Shown: positions 1 to 12,751, counted from the whole stretch's first letter. The stretch: 63,598 nucleotides of DNA, filler included, from Globobulimina sp. (GCA_003354225.1; 40 parts of 40 records of this genome joined end to end with filler, not necessarily neighbours in it); one strand, 5' to 3'. A program made the numbers and translations. Notes: generated by a model from the sequence alone, not told the origin.

Positions 1-291
1 CATTTTTTGTGCTTTTAATTAAATAATCAAATTCAACTTCTCCTTCAAAACTTGTTTCACTTCACTTGCTTGCAAATAAGCACTCATTCTCTTGATTTCT
101 TATCCAAAGCACAGTACTTGGCTTATGTTGTTTATTCACACTTAATTGCTGTGCCATTATTAGAAATACAACAACCTACTTGAGCTAAAAAGTAAAAAAA
201 ACAAGTTGGATATTTTACAGTTGTAATTGTAAAAGGATTAAGAAGAACAGTATCAATATTATTACATAGTAAAAAGAAGAGTGTATTAATA

Positions 292-1494
292 TTATTCTTC
301 ATGCATCACAGAGATAGCAGGTTGGAGAAAGTTTCTATTCGATCTGTTTGCTTTGAATGTCATGCCCTGTTTCCACACTATCATATCCCGCTGAATCTCA
401 TCCAACGCATCCTGGAATCTCTTGACTTGCATAGCGAGCTGTGTGACTTCTTGGAAATTAATTCGGAATTTGTCTCTCTTCGATTTGGTTGTTTGGATTA
501 AGTGAAAAACGTATAATCGCAGCATTTTCCATCTCCCTTTGGCGGTTCCTTTAATTGGGTCATCCTCCATTATATCCTGTATCTTTTTGGCAATCTGAGA
601 CATGCAGCAATCGCCATTAATAAATGAAGCATCTGCTGCGGCAGTATTCGCTGTGTCTTTTCTTTCATCTTTTTTATAATTTATTAAGTTTTGCAGTCTA
701 TAATGCAATTTGGCTTTGTCTTCGGTGAATTGCTTTGCTGTTCGACTGAAAGATTTCCTGATTTTATTTTCTTGTATATTTCGCAATTTCTTCTTGATTT
801 TCACAATGCGCTCAATTCTCTGCCCAGCCAATTTCACCAATTTCCTCGACACGCTGCGGTGATGGGCTATAATGGCCAGAAAGTCCGAGGTAGACACGGT
901 GAAATAGGCAGTGTCTTCGGTGCACCGCATGTTCCACGGCCACTGCTGCGTTAAAAAGATGCCCACTTCGCCTAAGCTGTCGCCGTCGCCCCACAGCATC
1001 AGCTCCAACGACGAGTCAATGGCAGAGATACCAACCACCGAACCGGACTTAATAATGGCCCAAAAATTCACTGGTTCCGCCACATTGGCAATGAATTCGC
1101 CATCAAAAGCGGTTTCCGGTCGCATCTCGGATACCAACTCGCCAATAAACGAGAAATCTGAGATATACTGCGAGTCATTCAAACCATTGATACTCACCGC
1201 GGGCGGTACGGTTGGCGATGCAGTCATATCTCTCAAATCGTTGATATCCGTGGATCGGAGTTGTTTGCTCACTCTTTTGGCTTCGTCCTGAGCCACATTG
1301 TCAAACAAACGAAAGAAGGCCGACGTGTTTATTAAATGTGCGTGCATTTCCAGGCTCACTTCATATAATAACAAACGCGGTAATTCGTCTCTTAGTTTCG
1401 AGGTATCCTCATTTGTCTTAATTTCGCTGCGCCAAATCGCCGACATGTCATTGATTAGCTTGTTTGATAATTTCTTGGTTAAACTCGATGTCTT
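292..1494 (-). CDS. Cyclic-nucleotide-regulated ion channel, C-linker plus CNBD (5' partial)
   Basis: LPRLLLYEVSLEMHAHLINTSAFF resembles the C-linker. GDGDSLGEVGIF...TVSTSDFLAII resembles a degenerate cNMP-binding barrel and helix. Confidence 0.65.
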   Translation of the reverse strand, partial: KTSSLTKKLSNKLINDMSAIWRSEIKTNEDTSKLRDELPRLLLYEVSLEMHAHLINTSAFFRLFDNVAQDEAKRVSKQLRSTDINDLRDMTASPTVPPAVSINGLNDSQYISDFSFIGELVSEMRPETAFDGEFIANVAEPVNFWAIIKSGSVVGISAIDSSLELMLWGDGDSLGEVGIFLTQQWPWNMRCTEDTAYFTVSTSDFLAIIAHHRSVSRKLVKLAGQRIERIVKIKKKLRNIQENKIRKSFSRTAKQFTEDKAKLHYRLQNLINYKKDERKDTANTAAADASFINGDCCMSQIAKKIQDIMEDDPIKGTAKGRWKMLRLYVFHLIQTTKSKRDKFRINFQEVTQLAMQVKRFQDALDEIQRDMIVWKQGMTFKANRSNRNFLQPAISVMHEE

Positions 1495-1594
1495 NNNNNN
1501 NNNNNNNNNNNNNNNNNNNNNNNNNNNNNNNNNNNNNNTTAATTAATTAANNNNNNNNNNNNNNNNNNNNNNNNNNNNNNNNNNNNNNNNNNNN
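1495..1594. other. Artificial contig spacer (N44-TTAATTAATTAA-N44); first of 39 such spacers, recurring every ~1,592 bp
   Basis: Identical 100-bp linker with stop codons in all six frames. Contig lengths fall monotonically from 1,494 to 1,491 bp, as expected for a size-sorted concatenation. Confidence 0.99.
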
Positions 1595-3088
1595 TGCAAA
1601 GTTATCGCCACATAATCGCATGTTAATTAATTCTGTGCGTTGTTCATAATTTGAGCCGCACGCTTCGTTACAATTACATTTGATATCCTGCCATATTTGT
1701 AAACTGTTATGGTCACTATCTGATGTATCATGGTTTATATTTGCGATATCTGTCAATATATTAAACCAGTCACTGATATGAACCATGTTATTATATTTGC
1801 ACGATGTCACTGACGGAGTCGCACTATTTAACACATTCTCGATATAACCACCAATAATAAACGATGCCGTCCTTATTCCTCCTTCGTTTTCTGATGCTGA
1901 GAGTAAACAAAAAAACAATTAAGTGTCAGATGAGATATAATTATATCTCAGAAAAAAGTATAAAAAAAAGAAGAACAAACTTTTTATTCCTCTTAATGGC
2001 AATGTATGGCCATAGGAGATAGTTTGTGGACCATTATCGGAGGTAATCACAATCAGCGTATCTTGCCACAATCCTTTGGATTTCACCTTATTCACAATCT
2101 CATCAATTCGTTCTTGTGCATATAGCATTGCCTTACAAAATAAAATTTTGCCGGGTGGCACACTTAAATCAGTACATATATCATATTGATATGCAAAATT
2201 AGTGTCTAAGGCCGGAGGCTCTTCAATTAAAACATGCGGAGTAAATAAATTATAGTGAATATAAAATGGATTTGCTGCACTTTGTTTGTCAATAAATGAT
2301 ACAATGCCATCAGTGAAAATTTTCTCATTATATGTCGTATCGCCGACAAGTATCGCTGTGGGGTCGCCATTATCATCAATAGCCCACGTATCGTGAGCAG
2401 GTAAAATGGTGCCGGGATGACCAAATAATGCGGATCTGTCCCCTAAAATATCAGCATCCATTGGATACCAGCGGTCATATTTGGTAAATGGAAAACTAAT
2501 TTCACGCTCATAATATTGTAAACCAACAAGAGAATAAATTCCTTCATCAAACCCTTTTTTGCCGGGTAATGTGTCACTGTATTTATAACCAATATGCCTT
2601 AATATATACAAGTATAAAAGGAACAATTTCTAAAATACAAATTAACATCAAAACATACCATTTTCCAGTTATGAATGTGTTGTATCCATCATTTTGAAAT
2701 AATTGCGGATAAAAAGTTAAATTGCGATCAATATGAAAATGTGACCGAGGTGGAACTATTTTATTTATGCCAGTCAACCAGGGATATCTTCCGGTGTATA
2801 ACGATGAACGTGATGGGGAGCAGACTGCTTCCACATAATGGAAATTCAATTTAATTGACTTAGCAGACAGATTATCTAACACTGTATAAAAGTATACAAT
2901 GTATATTGGTGGTTACTCGATAAACTTGTATGTACAAACCCGGTGTTGGATATTCTCCGCCATTAAATCCAACGTCAGCAAACCCCAAATCATCGAACCA
3001 CTGTATATTGATATATTATCCTTAGAATTAAAATTATACAACTCATGAATCTTAAATACTTATAAGCTTACCATAAAAATTATATTTG
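1595..3088 (-). CDS. Arylsulfatase (ARSB-like), multi-exon, partial
   Basis: Spliced reading NIIFM|WFDDLGFADVG, formylglycine motif CSPSRSSLYTGRYP, GKW|HIG, TSDNGP, EGGIRT and HISDW. Short GT-AG introns separate the ORF-track pieces. Confidence 0.93.
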
Positions 3089-3328
3089 NNNNNNNNNNNN
3101 NNNNNNNNNNNNNNNNNNNNNNNNNNNNNNNNTTAATTAATTAANNNNNNNNNNNNNNNNNNNNNNNNNNNNNNNNNNNNNNNNNNNNTTTGTAGATAAA
3201 AAGTTTATTAGAATATAAAGAAACTAAAAAATGCTCTTTTGTTTATCGCAAGGAACAAAATGTGATGTAGTGGAATAAAAAAAACAGATTTTACAATACA
3301 ACAAATCAACCCATCAACAAGAATATTA

Positions 3329-4681
3329 TTACGCAGTTTTATATAACAACATTTTGAATTTTGAGTCTTTTTCATGAATACAAACTTTCACTTCAAACAA
3401 ACGAACACATTTTTCTATCGACTTCCCCTCACCATTCCCAATTATTTCATCTATTTCATTCCAATCACGATCTATCTCAAAATTAAAACTATATTTGTCA
3501 TTATATCCATTCTCCTCAAAATCAGCATTCCCAATCCTCAAAATCATCTCATTCCTATCATTCAAACTCAAACATATCTCAAACGCTTCCAAATTCATAA
3601 AACACTGCTCCGCTTTCACACTCCCACTCCCATCATACATAAATTCATAAACATTCAAATAATGACTCCGCTTATAATCATCATCCATGTTTATCCCATA
3701 AACACCGCCACCAACACCGCCATCCATCATCGCTTTGCATTTCTCGTACTCATAGCCAATATATTGCATAAACTCACCATCCCTTAAATCAACCACCTCA
3801 CTCCTCATCAGACCCACACTCTTCTCCTCCCGTCGTATATACTTCTTAATCTCCACAAAATCATATCCAACACAGACCTCATACACACCATACAACACAC
3901 ATCTTTTCTCATTCTCCATATCATCATATCCATACACATCCGCATCATCCACATCGTACACCAATATCCTCCGACCCTCACCAACATCCTCCTCCTCCCT
4001 CCTCTTATCTCTCTGCTGACTCTGCATCTGTTTCCATCCAATATCCGTTAACTTGGCCGCACGCTTCAAATCCTTCATACTCGCACCTTGCATCATCGCC
4101 GCCTGCAACGCATACGTACTCATCCCATACTTCCTATGATGTCCAGTCTCGCCCATTCCAAACCCCGTACCCAACTGTCCCGCCCTCAACCTCCTACCGC
4201 CATTACTATATCCTACACGAGCACCATATCTACGCCTTCCACCCCTACCACCCCTACCACCTCCAACTCTGCCTCGTCTATGCGGTGGTAAGTCCACCAA
4301 CTGTATCCGTGGCGGGGATGGTATTCTACCATTCACCATCTTAGGCATACGCAGCTTCGGCATTCGTGATCTACCCCTTCTGCCTCTACCCATTCCCATT
4401 CCCATTCCCCCTCTTCTACCACCACCACGCCGTCCAATTACGCTCCTCTTTCCAGCCTGGTATCCCGACCTAAATCCTCTCCCCATTCTACGTACACTAT
4501 ACCCACGTCTTTGCATTTTCCGTTTCCATCTGCGCCGTGCCCGCCGTCTTCCAAACTGACGTATCATCCCTTTGCGTCTACGCAGACATTCCTTCCTCTC
4601 ATAATCCGCAAAACTCAGTCTACTGCATTTCCATCGCTCCCGTCTCCGTCTACGCCGCTTAAGAGCCCGTTTACACAGTGA
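3329..4681 (-). CDS. Hypothetical protein with Arg/Gly-rich basic N-half and acidic Cys-pair C-half (5' partial)
   Basis: Frame is open to the contig edge (>450 aa) with strong compositional bias. No family recognised. Confidence 0.6.
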   Translation of the reverse strand, partial: SLCKRALKRRRRRRERWKCSRLSFADYERKECLRRRKGMIRQFGRRRARRRWKRKMQRRGYSVRRMGRGFRSGYQAGKRSVIGRRGGGRRGGMGMGMGRGRRGRSRMPKLRMPKMVNGRIPSPPRIQLVDLPPHRRGRVGGGRGGRGGRRRYGARVGYSNGGRRLRAGQLGTGFGMGETGHHRKYGMSTYALQAAMMQGASMKDLKRAAKLTDIGWKQMQSQQRDKRREEEDVGEGRRILVYDVDDADVYGYDDMENEKRCVLYGVYEVCVGYDFVEIKKYIRREEKSVGLMRSEVVDLRDGEFMQYIGYEYEKCKAMMDGGVGGGVYGINMDDDYKRSHYLNVYEFMYDGSGSVKAEQCFMNLEAFEICLSLNDRNEMILRIGNADFEENGYNDKYSFNFEIDRDWNEIDEIIGNGEGKSIEKCVRLFEVKVCIHEKDSKFKMLLYKTA

Positions 4682-5000
4682 CNNNNNNNNNNNNNNNNNN
4701 NNNNNNNNNNNNNNNNNNNNNNNNNNTTAATTAATTAANNNNNNNNNNNNNNNNNNNNNNNNNNNNNNNNNNNNNNNNNNNNTGATTGTGAGTTTCAACT
4801 TTCATTAAAATTTGAATGTCTTCATGGTTATAACCATAAACATTTGTTTCAGGATTTGGGAAGAAACGACCGCCCTTATTACCCACCATCACTGACAACC
4901 TGTACATGCCCGGCGTCAACGCTAGCGTCGACACACAAGATTTGGCGGATATGAATGCAGCGCGTGCTGCTGGACATACTGTACTAAGTTAAGTATCTAA

Positions 5001-6276
5001 TCCATGTCTTTCAGTGTGCGAATCAGCGCGAACGTTAGCGGCTATTTATTAACTTTACAGATAATGCAAACGGCGCCGCTGACGATGGAGATAACGAATC
5101 TGCGGACGGCAGCAATGCAAATGAGAGCACTTCGTCAGAGTCAGATAGTGACAACAACGAAGAGGAGGACTCAGACGATGACGATGAAGATGAACATATG
5201 GACAACGATGAATATACCAATATAGAAAGTTTGTGTTTGCCAGCACCGTTCAATCAGTTATTGGAGAAATATCTGCGCCAAGGCTTGCTCTGCGACCATA
5301 CGCACGCTGCGCATGCCATGGAACTGTATGAAAACTTAAAGGAATTCAAGCATAAATATGAAGCGGACAAAGCCAAATACACCACACAAAATGGCAATAC
5401 TCGGCAGCATGTGCTTAGATGGGATGTGTGGTATAACTCATATTGGCCCAAACATACAAAAAACAACTATACGCAGTGCAAATTGAACAACAATGATCAC
5501 TCTGACGAGTTAGCGGCGGATTTGTTATCACTGGAAGCGTTTCGCTACGAATTATATGATATATCGACTATTATCAACAGCAATGTTACTCACTTTTATA
5601 ACTTACATTATCCAAAGTTGCAATATCTCGTGAAATATGGCATGAGCTCTATCAGCAAGATCCAGGAACATTATCGCTACACTTCGTCGACTACCACCAA
5701 TGTGCTGTTGTCGTGGAGTGTGGTGATTTGGTTGACTGCCGCTGTGGAGTTTTGTGCTCGGCATATCCATAATGAGCATGATATGCTGAGTGTGTTATGT
5801 GTGCCGTTGCTGAAGACTGCATTGCAATGCTATGATTATATCATATCCAATGTGCGGAGGAACCATCATAGTACAGGCACCGGGTCGATGTACACCAGTT
5901 CCTTCGAACAGGGCGCTTGCAAACTGGCGAAGAGGTATATCGACCATGCCTGCAAGTTGCAGTACGAAAGCAGTAAACAAAAGTTGCAGTTGAGCCTGCG
6001 GCGCAGCAATAGAAAAATCAAAATTAAAGCATGCAAGCCGAGGTTTGAGAACTTTCTGATGTTTGTGTTGCGTGGGAACGATGAATATGGCGATGTCAAG
6101 GCGAAGATGAGGCAAATGATGAATGCGCTGAATGATAGTTACTCGCAATGGAAGTGTGAGAGGGAGCGCGAGAAGGAAAATATTGACAGCAGTAATATGG
6201 ACAATCGCAGTGTCAGCGTCTCATCGCATATCAGTGGCTGTAATGTGTTTAAGTTGCCGTTCCCGTGGGACTCTGC
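5001..6276 (+). CDS. Hypothetical protein with acidic low-complexity stretch, partial
   Basis: Long ORF from 5198 with probable upstream splice acceptor (ttacag at ~5060) and a D/E-rich tract. No family recognised. Confidence 0.5.
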
Positions 6277-6763
6277 NNNNNNNNNNNNNNNNNNNNNNNN
6301 NNNNNNNNNNNNNNNNNNNNTTAATTAATTAANNNNNNNNNNNNNNNNNNNNNNNNNNNNNNNNNNNNNNNNNNNNGCTCCACATTTTTGTTAAGGCAAT
6401 TTACAAATATTTTGTGACTTTGTATGATTTGTAAATTATGTTATCATAGAAAAATCCAATCTAAATGTAAAATTTGTTAAACCTGCATTTAATCCATAAA
6501 TGCAATCAATTGAGTGGCCTAATTCTGAAAACGATAATGATGATAAATGTGCATTCTGCACTATAACGGTATAACCCATTTGTAATAAACCTATGATAAT
6601 CATATGAAATATTACGAAAAACACCTGAAATAAATATCACTTTAAAGGCAGCTGAGATAGCTGTATCAATTGGAGTATGATAATTATAATTTGATATTTT
6701 TAGACAATTATTCTTCAATTTTGAATTTAATTTTCAACACTACTGTACTAACAGTCTAACACT

Positions 6764-7870
6764 ATGGACAATAAACACCTCGTTAAACATTTAAAGACAA
6801 ATAAATGTATTAGTGACACACCAGGACTCGGACAAAGATCTGTTTTAATACAATCGGAGATTTATGTAAAAAATATAATTGCAATTTCAGGTGGCTCGTC
6901 ATTGATTGATTGTATTATTTTATTGATATTGCCAGTATATCTTGATGAAGAATTAAATGCATCATCATCTGCTATTGGTATTTCGTTAGGTTTAATTACT
7001 ACATCATACATTATAGCAACTGCATTTATACCATATTTGCAAGAATCAAAATTTAAATGCTTCAAATATTGTACTTATGATCGCATGACATCAATCAGAT
7101 TATTTATATCTGTTATTAGCGTCATTTTAATGGCAAATCTTAATTCCATTACAGGGTTTACAATATGCGGTGTCATTAATGCACTTTGTAACATTGGATT
7201 TGAAACAACACGTGGCGTGGTCTCATTGTTATTACCAGCAAAAAACTCTAATAAATACAAACAAGCAATATTTATTGTGGCTGGATTAGGTGTTATATGC
7301 GCATCAATAATTTTATCAATAACAATTATATTTATCACATTTAAACAATTATTTTATTGTTGTGCAGGTATTTATGTTTTATTATTTATTTTTAGTTTAT
7401 TTTGCATTTTTGGGAAACAATCAAAAATAATTACAACACAATTACAATATTTTGACGAAATATATTATGTGGAAAAGAAAAAAAGAATTTTGAAGAACAA
7501 ATCAAACAAATACAGGCGAAATGACAGTTTACGCAGAAGTATTGAACAGTATATACTGTCAACTTTAACTTCCAAAGACATGGTAAACCCATTACCAGCA
7601 ATATCTCCAGATCAAAAAATGGATTTCCCAATTTATGAAAAAATGGCAACAGACATTGTCAACAAATCACAAACCAATACAAATAGCGAAATTTTAATTC
7701 ATCATAAAAAAGATGTTATTTTGACCCAAAAAGATTGGTTTTTAATTTATTTATTATTTTTATCAAAATTGTTTAAAGGTGCAGCAATTGACATATTTAC
7801 AAAATGGATATTGTTATATTTAATCACAAAGTTCGATGCAAGTGTTTCACGGTCATCGCTGTTTGTTGAA
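6764..7870 (+). CDS. Major facilitator superfamily-like transporter (3' partial)
   Basis: Six hydrophobic segments, ILPVYLDEELNASSSAIGISLG (MFS TM1-TM2 pattern), a long central loop, then the start of the second bundle. Confidence 0.7.
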
Positions 7871-8583
7871 NNNNNNNNNNNNNNNNNNNNNNNNNNNNNN
7901 NNNNNNNNNNNNNNTTAATTAATTAANNNNNNNNNNNNNNNNNNNNNNNNNNNNNNNNNNNNNNNNNNNNGAACTAGAACCGGTTCCTGCGCATATTTTA
8001 AGACTATTCCCATGTAAATTGGTTAAGTATTGACTGAGAATAGCTTCAACTCGCAAGGCACATGTACGGTACTCATTTGGTCGCAGCTGCATTGTACATC
8101 TAGCGAAAAAATAGTTTTTTGCCAATATCTCCTTATTGCTTTGAGCTAGAAAGTTCCGGATGGTTTTAAGAATATTCAAAAATATCGTTTTGTCTAATAA
8201 CTTTGTAAAATAAATCGGAAAAATTATAGTCAGAGGCCTAGAATAATTTAAAGTTTTTTTCCACAACCGAACCATCGTGTATAATGAGCTATTTTACCGA
8301 TATTTTCCAGTGTTACGAGCTTTTTAAACTTTTTAGAACTAATTCAAGTTTAAACGTAGCATTTTTTGTGGAAAAAAATACAAATGTGAAAAAATTCCAG
8401 AACGGAGGGAGGGCCTGGGTGAGGAGTGGGGGGAATGGACCGAGTTTGTAGGGTGCCAGTCCCCCAATAGGCTTTGGCCAAATTTTGCTGTGGGGTTAAT
8501 TTTTTAATTTGGATTAGCTGTTTGTCATATTTTATATGGTACTGTATAAATAGGTACACTATAATATTATTTGTTTGTTTCAG

Positions 8584-8766
8584 GCAAACATCCAGGCAGT
8601 GCGGAAAAATCTCCGTTTTGAATCTGATTTGTTCAGCGCCATAGAGCCTGAACCAGACGAAGAGGAGGTGGTTGTAGTTGAAGACTACCCTCCGATGGAT
8701 GGAAGTGAACGAGATGGAAGCATCTTAGTAGAGCAGTCGGGCGGCAATTCTCCATTATACGATCAG
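8584..8766 (+). CDS. Probable isolated exon of an unknown gene
   Basis: GC-richer open stretch bounded by tttcag| and CAG|gtattt within otherwise non-coding DNA. Confidence 0.35.
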
Positions 8767-9564
8767 GTATTTTTTCTTTGCAATACAGCCAGTCCGATGT
8801 TTCAACAGATACAGTATGGTAACAGTTCCTATGGTAAACGTTCTTACCGTACGTGATATCTGTAACCATAATACCTTAGGAAACACTTGTGTTTACCATA
8901 TGGTACATACCATACCGTACCTACCATAACTGTTTGAGTTTATTATGCGCTATTCACTACTTACCTTTTATAGTTACCATGTATCTTTTGAAACTTCGTG
9001 ACTGACAGACAGTACTATTACTTATTTTTATATTACCAGGACAGTCCCCGGGTATTAGGGAGCTAGTCAGGAAAAGTCAGGATTTTCTACTTCCATCCTG
9101 AAATCGCTAAGACCTATGTATATCATGTGTATCGGATAAGTCGTTCCTTTTGACCCATAATTAGATGACTCTGCTCTCTAGTGTCGCTCGTCACGATAGT
9201 CTACATTGTTTATTGTTCTCAGTTCTCTCTAACGTGACATACAAATTGTAGTTGAGGCGACTCTATTCCTTTGATTTGTAATTTAGGATCACATAACCAT
9301 GGGTATTTTAAAATATTAGTTGAGGTTTTTTGTACGCAAAAATTGCTGCTTTGGCGTCTCAAAAGTGAGATATATAGATATGTTTATTATTATTTACCTG
9401 ATTATATACTTCTATGATTGGCTAGACCCCCCCCCTCAACTTGGGCCAATCCGATCAGCTTACANNNNNNNNNNNNNNNNNNNNNNNNNNNNNNNNNNNN
9501 NNNNNNNNTTAATTAATTAANNNNNNNNNNNNNNNNNNNNNNNNNNNNNNNNNNNNNNNNNNNN

Positions 9565-9870
9565 AAAATATTAATATATTGCAATTCTGCAACAAACATT
9601 TCGCCGACGATTGCAATTATGACAGTAATGTATTCACAAAAAAAAAATTTAAAGCAAGCATATGATGAAACTAAACAAAAACATGGGAAAATGATGTGTA
9701 TTTCAGAAGGATGGATGAAGCAATTAAGAGAATTAGATAACACATTATATGGTAAATACTCAACAAAATCTGACGAAGTGCAAACTAAACAAGCAAAATA
9801 TGCTGCAATTTTAGCAAAAATGCAACAAGCCAAAATTCAATTAGCTAAAGAGGCTGCAACAACAAAATGA
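9565..9870 (+). CDS. Dual-specificity phosphatase-fold protein C-terminus, probably catalytically inactive
   Basis: Reading from the contig edge: KILIYCNSATNISPTIAIMTVMY..LKQAY..K..ISEGWMKQLRELD..LYG. This matches the DSP pattern VLVHCxxGxSRSxT..AYLM..L.EAY..PNxGFxxQL, but the CX5R Arg is Ile. Confidence 0.7.
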   Translation, partial: KILIYCNSATNISPTIAIMTVMYSQKKNLKQAYDETKQKHGKMMCISEGWMKQLRELDNTLYGKYSTKSDEVQTKQAKYAAILAKMQQAKIQLAKEAATTK

Positions 9871-10097
9871 TCAAAACAACAACAACGAATATACATATGT
9901 ACAGTATATATAATATACTATAAAATCAACACTAAAAACCCTTGTTGTGTTGTTGTCCATTGTCCATTTGACTTTTACACAACTATTGAGCTAATTTATT
10001 GTGAGCGCGATTAACTCCAAAAGTTGAAGTCCGACCACCAAAATTAAAATTAGATTAGGCATCTGAAACGCAAAAAAACCACCTAAGTTAGTTTACA

Positions 10098-11058
10098 ATG
10101 TCTGTTGTAGAAGAAGAAGAAGAATGTAAAGAACAGAGACAAACGAAGAGGTCATCATTTAGTGCGCCACCATCAATCCATACAAAATCGCCATATGAGT
10201 GGACAGCCAACGAAGTCAGCGGATGGATTGTTTCATTAAATTACGCAGCTCAATCCAAGAAATTTGCTAATGCTATGATTAACGGTAACGCATATTTCAA
10301 TTTTAATATTCTATATTTTAATAATATTATTATTCTTTTGTTTATATAGGATCTAAATTGTTTACATTGAATAGGACGATGTTGCAAAATGATGTTAAAA
10401 TATTTGATGTGACCGCAAGAATTGGAATTTTAAAGGAAATACAAAATTTAAAAAAACAAATTAAAGAAATGCAGAAAAACAGAGTTGAAAAATTTGCAAC
10501 TTCCCATACTCGAAAAGAAAAAGAAAAAATAAAAAAAGCTGATGAGAAATATGACGATAATCCAAAGAAGAGAAAATATATTAAAATAAGGAAAAATAAC
10601 AATACATCCGATATTGGCTCAAATTATACCATCCAAAGCATTTTAGAACATTATGATTTCAACACTCAACATCAAATAAATGAATCTCAATCTGAATTGA
10701 CACATTGCTCCATCAACAACGACAAAAAAAAGAGTATATTCATGTTCGTTATTTATGACAGGACCAGTTCTCATTTTATTTATTTATTCACCAAACCCAT
10801 CGATGCGTGGAATATAGAAAATGTGTTTGACTTTTTCAAAAATATCAGCAATCATAAATTTATTTTATTTGCCGATGAATTCAAACGCAAAAAAATCAAC
10901 GGCAAAAAAATAATAAAATATAACCGAGCAAAATTGCAATCAGATTATGCCAATTATTTTGATGCAGCATTGAGGAAAAATATGTTGGACGAAATTAATT
11001 TATTAAAACAACGAATGAACAACGCAACGGAGCCAAAAGCAACAAAAGAAGTGTATCA
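10098..11058 (+). CDS. Tandem SAM (sterile alpha motif) domain protein, with intron(s), 3' partial
   Basis: SPYEWTANEVSGWI..FANAMING|SKLFTLN..RIGILKEIQNL and PIDAWNIENVFDFF..FKRKKING..RKNMLDEINLL. GT-AG intron at ~10285-10349. Confidence 0.85.
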
Positions 11059-11353
11059 NNNNNNNNNNNNNNNNNNNNNNNNNNNNNNNNNNNNNNNNNN
11101 NNTTAATTAATTAANNNNNNNNNNNNNNNNNNNNNNNNNNNNNNNNNNNNNNNNNNNNAAATTCAAAGAGTTTACAGTAAAAACAGTAATTTCAAACTGA
11201 AAAGCAAAAAGTTAAATGTTACCTTTAACATTTTATTATTAACCTATTTTCCTTCCTCGTAAACATGTAAATATGTAGGTATATATTTGTATCGGTTGAA
11301 TTTTGTTTTTCCGATGAAAGCCGATCTTGCACTTTAAAAACCTCAAAAGCATC

Positions 11354-12192
11354 ATGTCACTCTTTTTAGCAACAATGATCGCCACTGTTACAACAAATGT
11401 TCCACTTCCAGGTGGCGATGCGGATGCCTTCGCATGTATTCCTTCTGCTGGCTATCAATGGTGTCCTGCAAAACAAAAATGTTACAGACCATGGGAAGAG
11501 AGTTGTGCTACAACTACAACAATGGTTCTACCTCCAGGTGGCGACATGGATCGCTTCGGATGTGTTGCTTCTGCTGGTTATCAATGGTGTTCCGCAAAAC
11601 AAAAATGTTATAGATCCTGGGAAGAGAGCTGTGCGGCAACTACCCATACGCCAACAACAACAACCACCCATACTCCATCTGAGCGTAATTGTGGAGGTTT
11701 CCTTAATTGCATTGCATACAATGATGAATGTAACAGATGTACTACATGCACTGATGGATATTTTTTAAATCCAATAACCACGGAATGCTCAGCAAGTGGA
11801 AGTAGAGCGTATACGGACGGCTGTGGTGCTTGTTTTTGTGTGGACGGAATGTCATTCTGCTCAGGCTGTGCACCCTCAACGTCAACCTGATGTCATTCGT
11901 GTGTTGATGGCTATGTATTAAATTCGTGTGTTGAATGCAAATTGGTGGAACCACCATGTGTGCCGCCTCCATGTCCACCTCCATGTAGAGATTTTGACAG
12001 ATATCATGGAATTAATGGACGGATTCCATATTGTGAAGGATCGGACATCCACATACAAGATGTGAAGGGCATGCTGACTGTGTTAGAGGATGTGGGGAAA
12101 CGTATTTTGATTCTGTTACTGGTCAAGAGATTGTTAATTGTGCATTGATTTGGGACTATGATTTTCATCCGCATGGAATTACAACTATGTAA
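11354..12192 (+). pseudogene. Secreted cysteine-rich protein with two GGDxDxxxCxxSAGYQWC repeats and CxxCxDGY modules, interrupted by an in-frame TGA and a frameshift
   Basis: Signal-peptide-like start and Thr-rich linkers. The frame continues after TGA 11888-11890 as CHSCVDGYVLN. The Cys-rich sequence resumes in another frame near 12055 (TRCEGHADCVRGCG...) to TAA 12190-12192. Confidence 0.65.
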
Positions 12193-12751
12193 ATTTTATA
12201 TTGGAATTCTTTTTCTTTTGGGGGTTTAGTTTGCTTTATGTTTGTATTTCACTTTTTAGCACACGTTTCATTCTAGAAACTATCGTTTAAAACTGGCTAA
12301 ATTGCGCTAAATATGTTTGGGATCGATTTGGCATAATTTGAAACGTACTGACTCGATGTGACTGAATTGAAGGATTTGTGACGGTGTCTGTAGCATAAAT
12401 AAAACAAAGATATAAATAAATTAACACAATTGAATACAATACACATAAAACACAATAGTCATAAATGATAATCAAGCAACAAAACTATAGCTAACACCGA
12501 GAAGGCCCAGAAATTATTGTTCTTTTATTATATCGCTTCCGTCCATTATTATACTTTTGCGGTTTATTTGGTGGTGGTTTTGGCTTATTATATTTTGGTC
12601 TGTTGCTGTTATATTTTGGGAGGGAGATAATGAATTTAATCCTGAAACAAANNNNNNNNNNNNNNNNNNNNNNNNNNNNNNNNNNNNNNNNNNNNTTAAT
12701 TAATTAANNNNNNNNNNNNNNNNNNNNNNNNNNNNNNNNNNNNNNNNNNNN

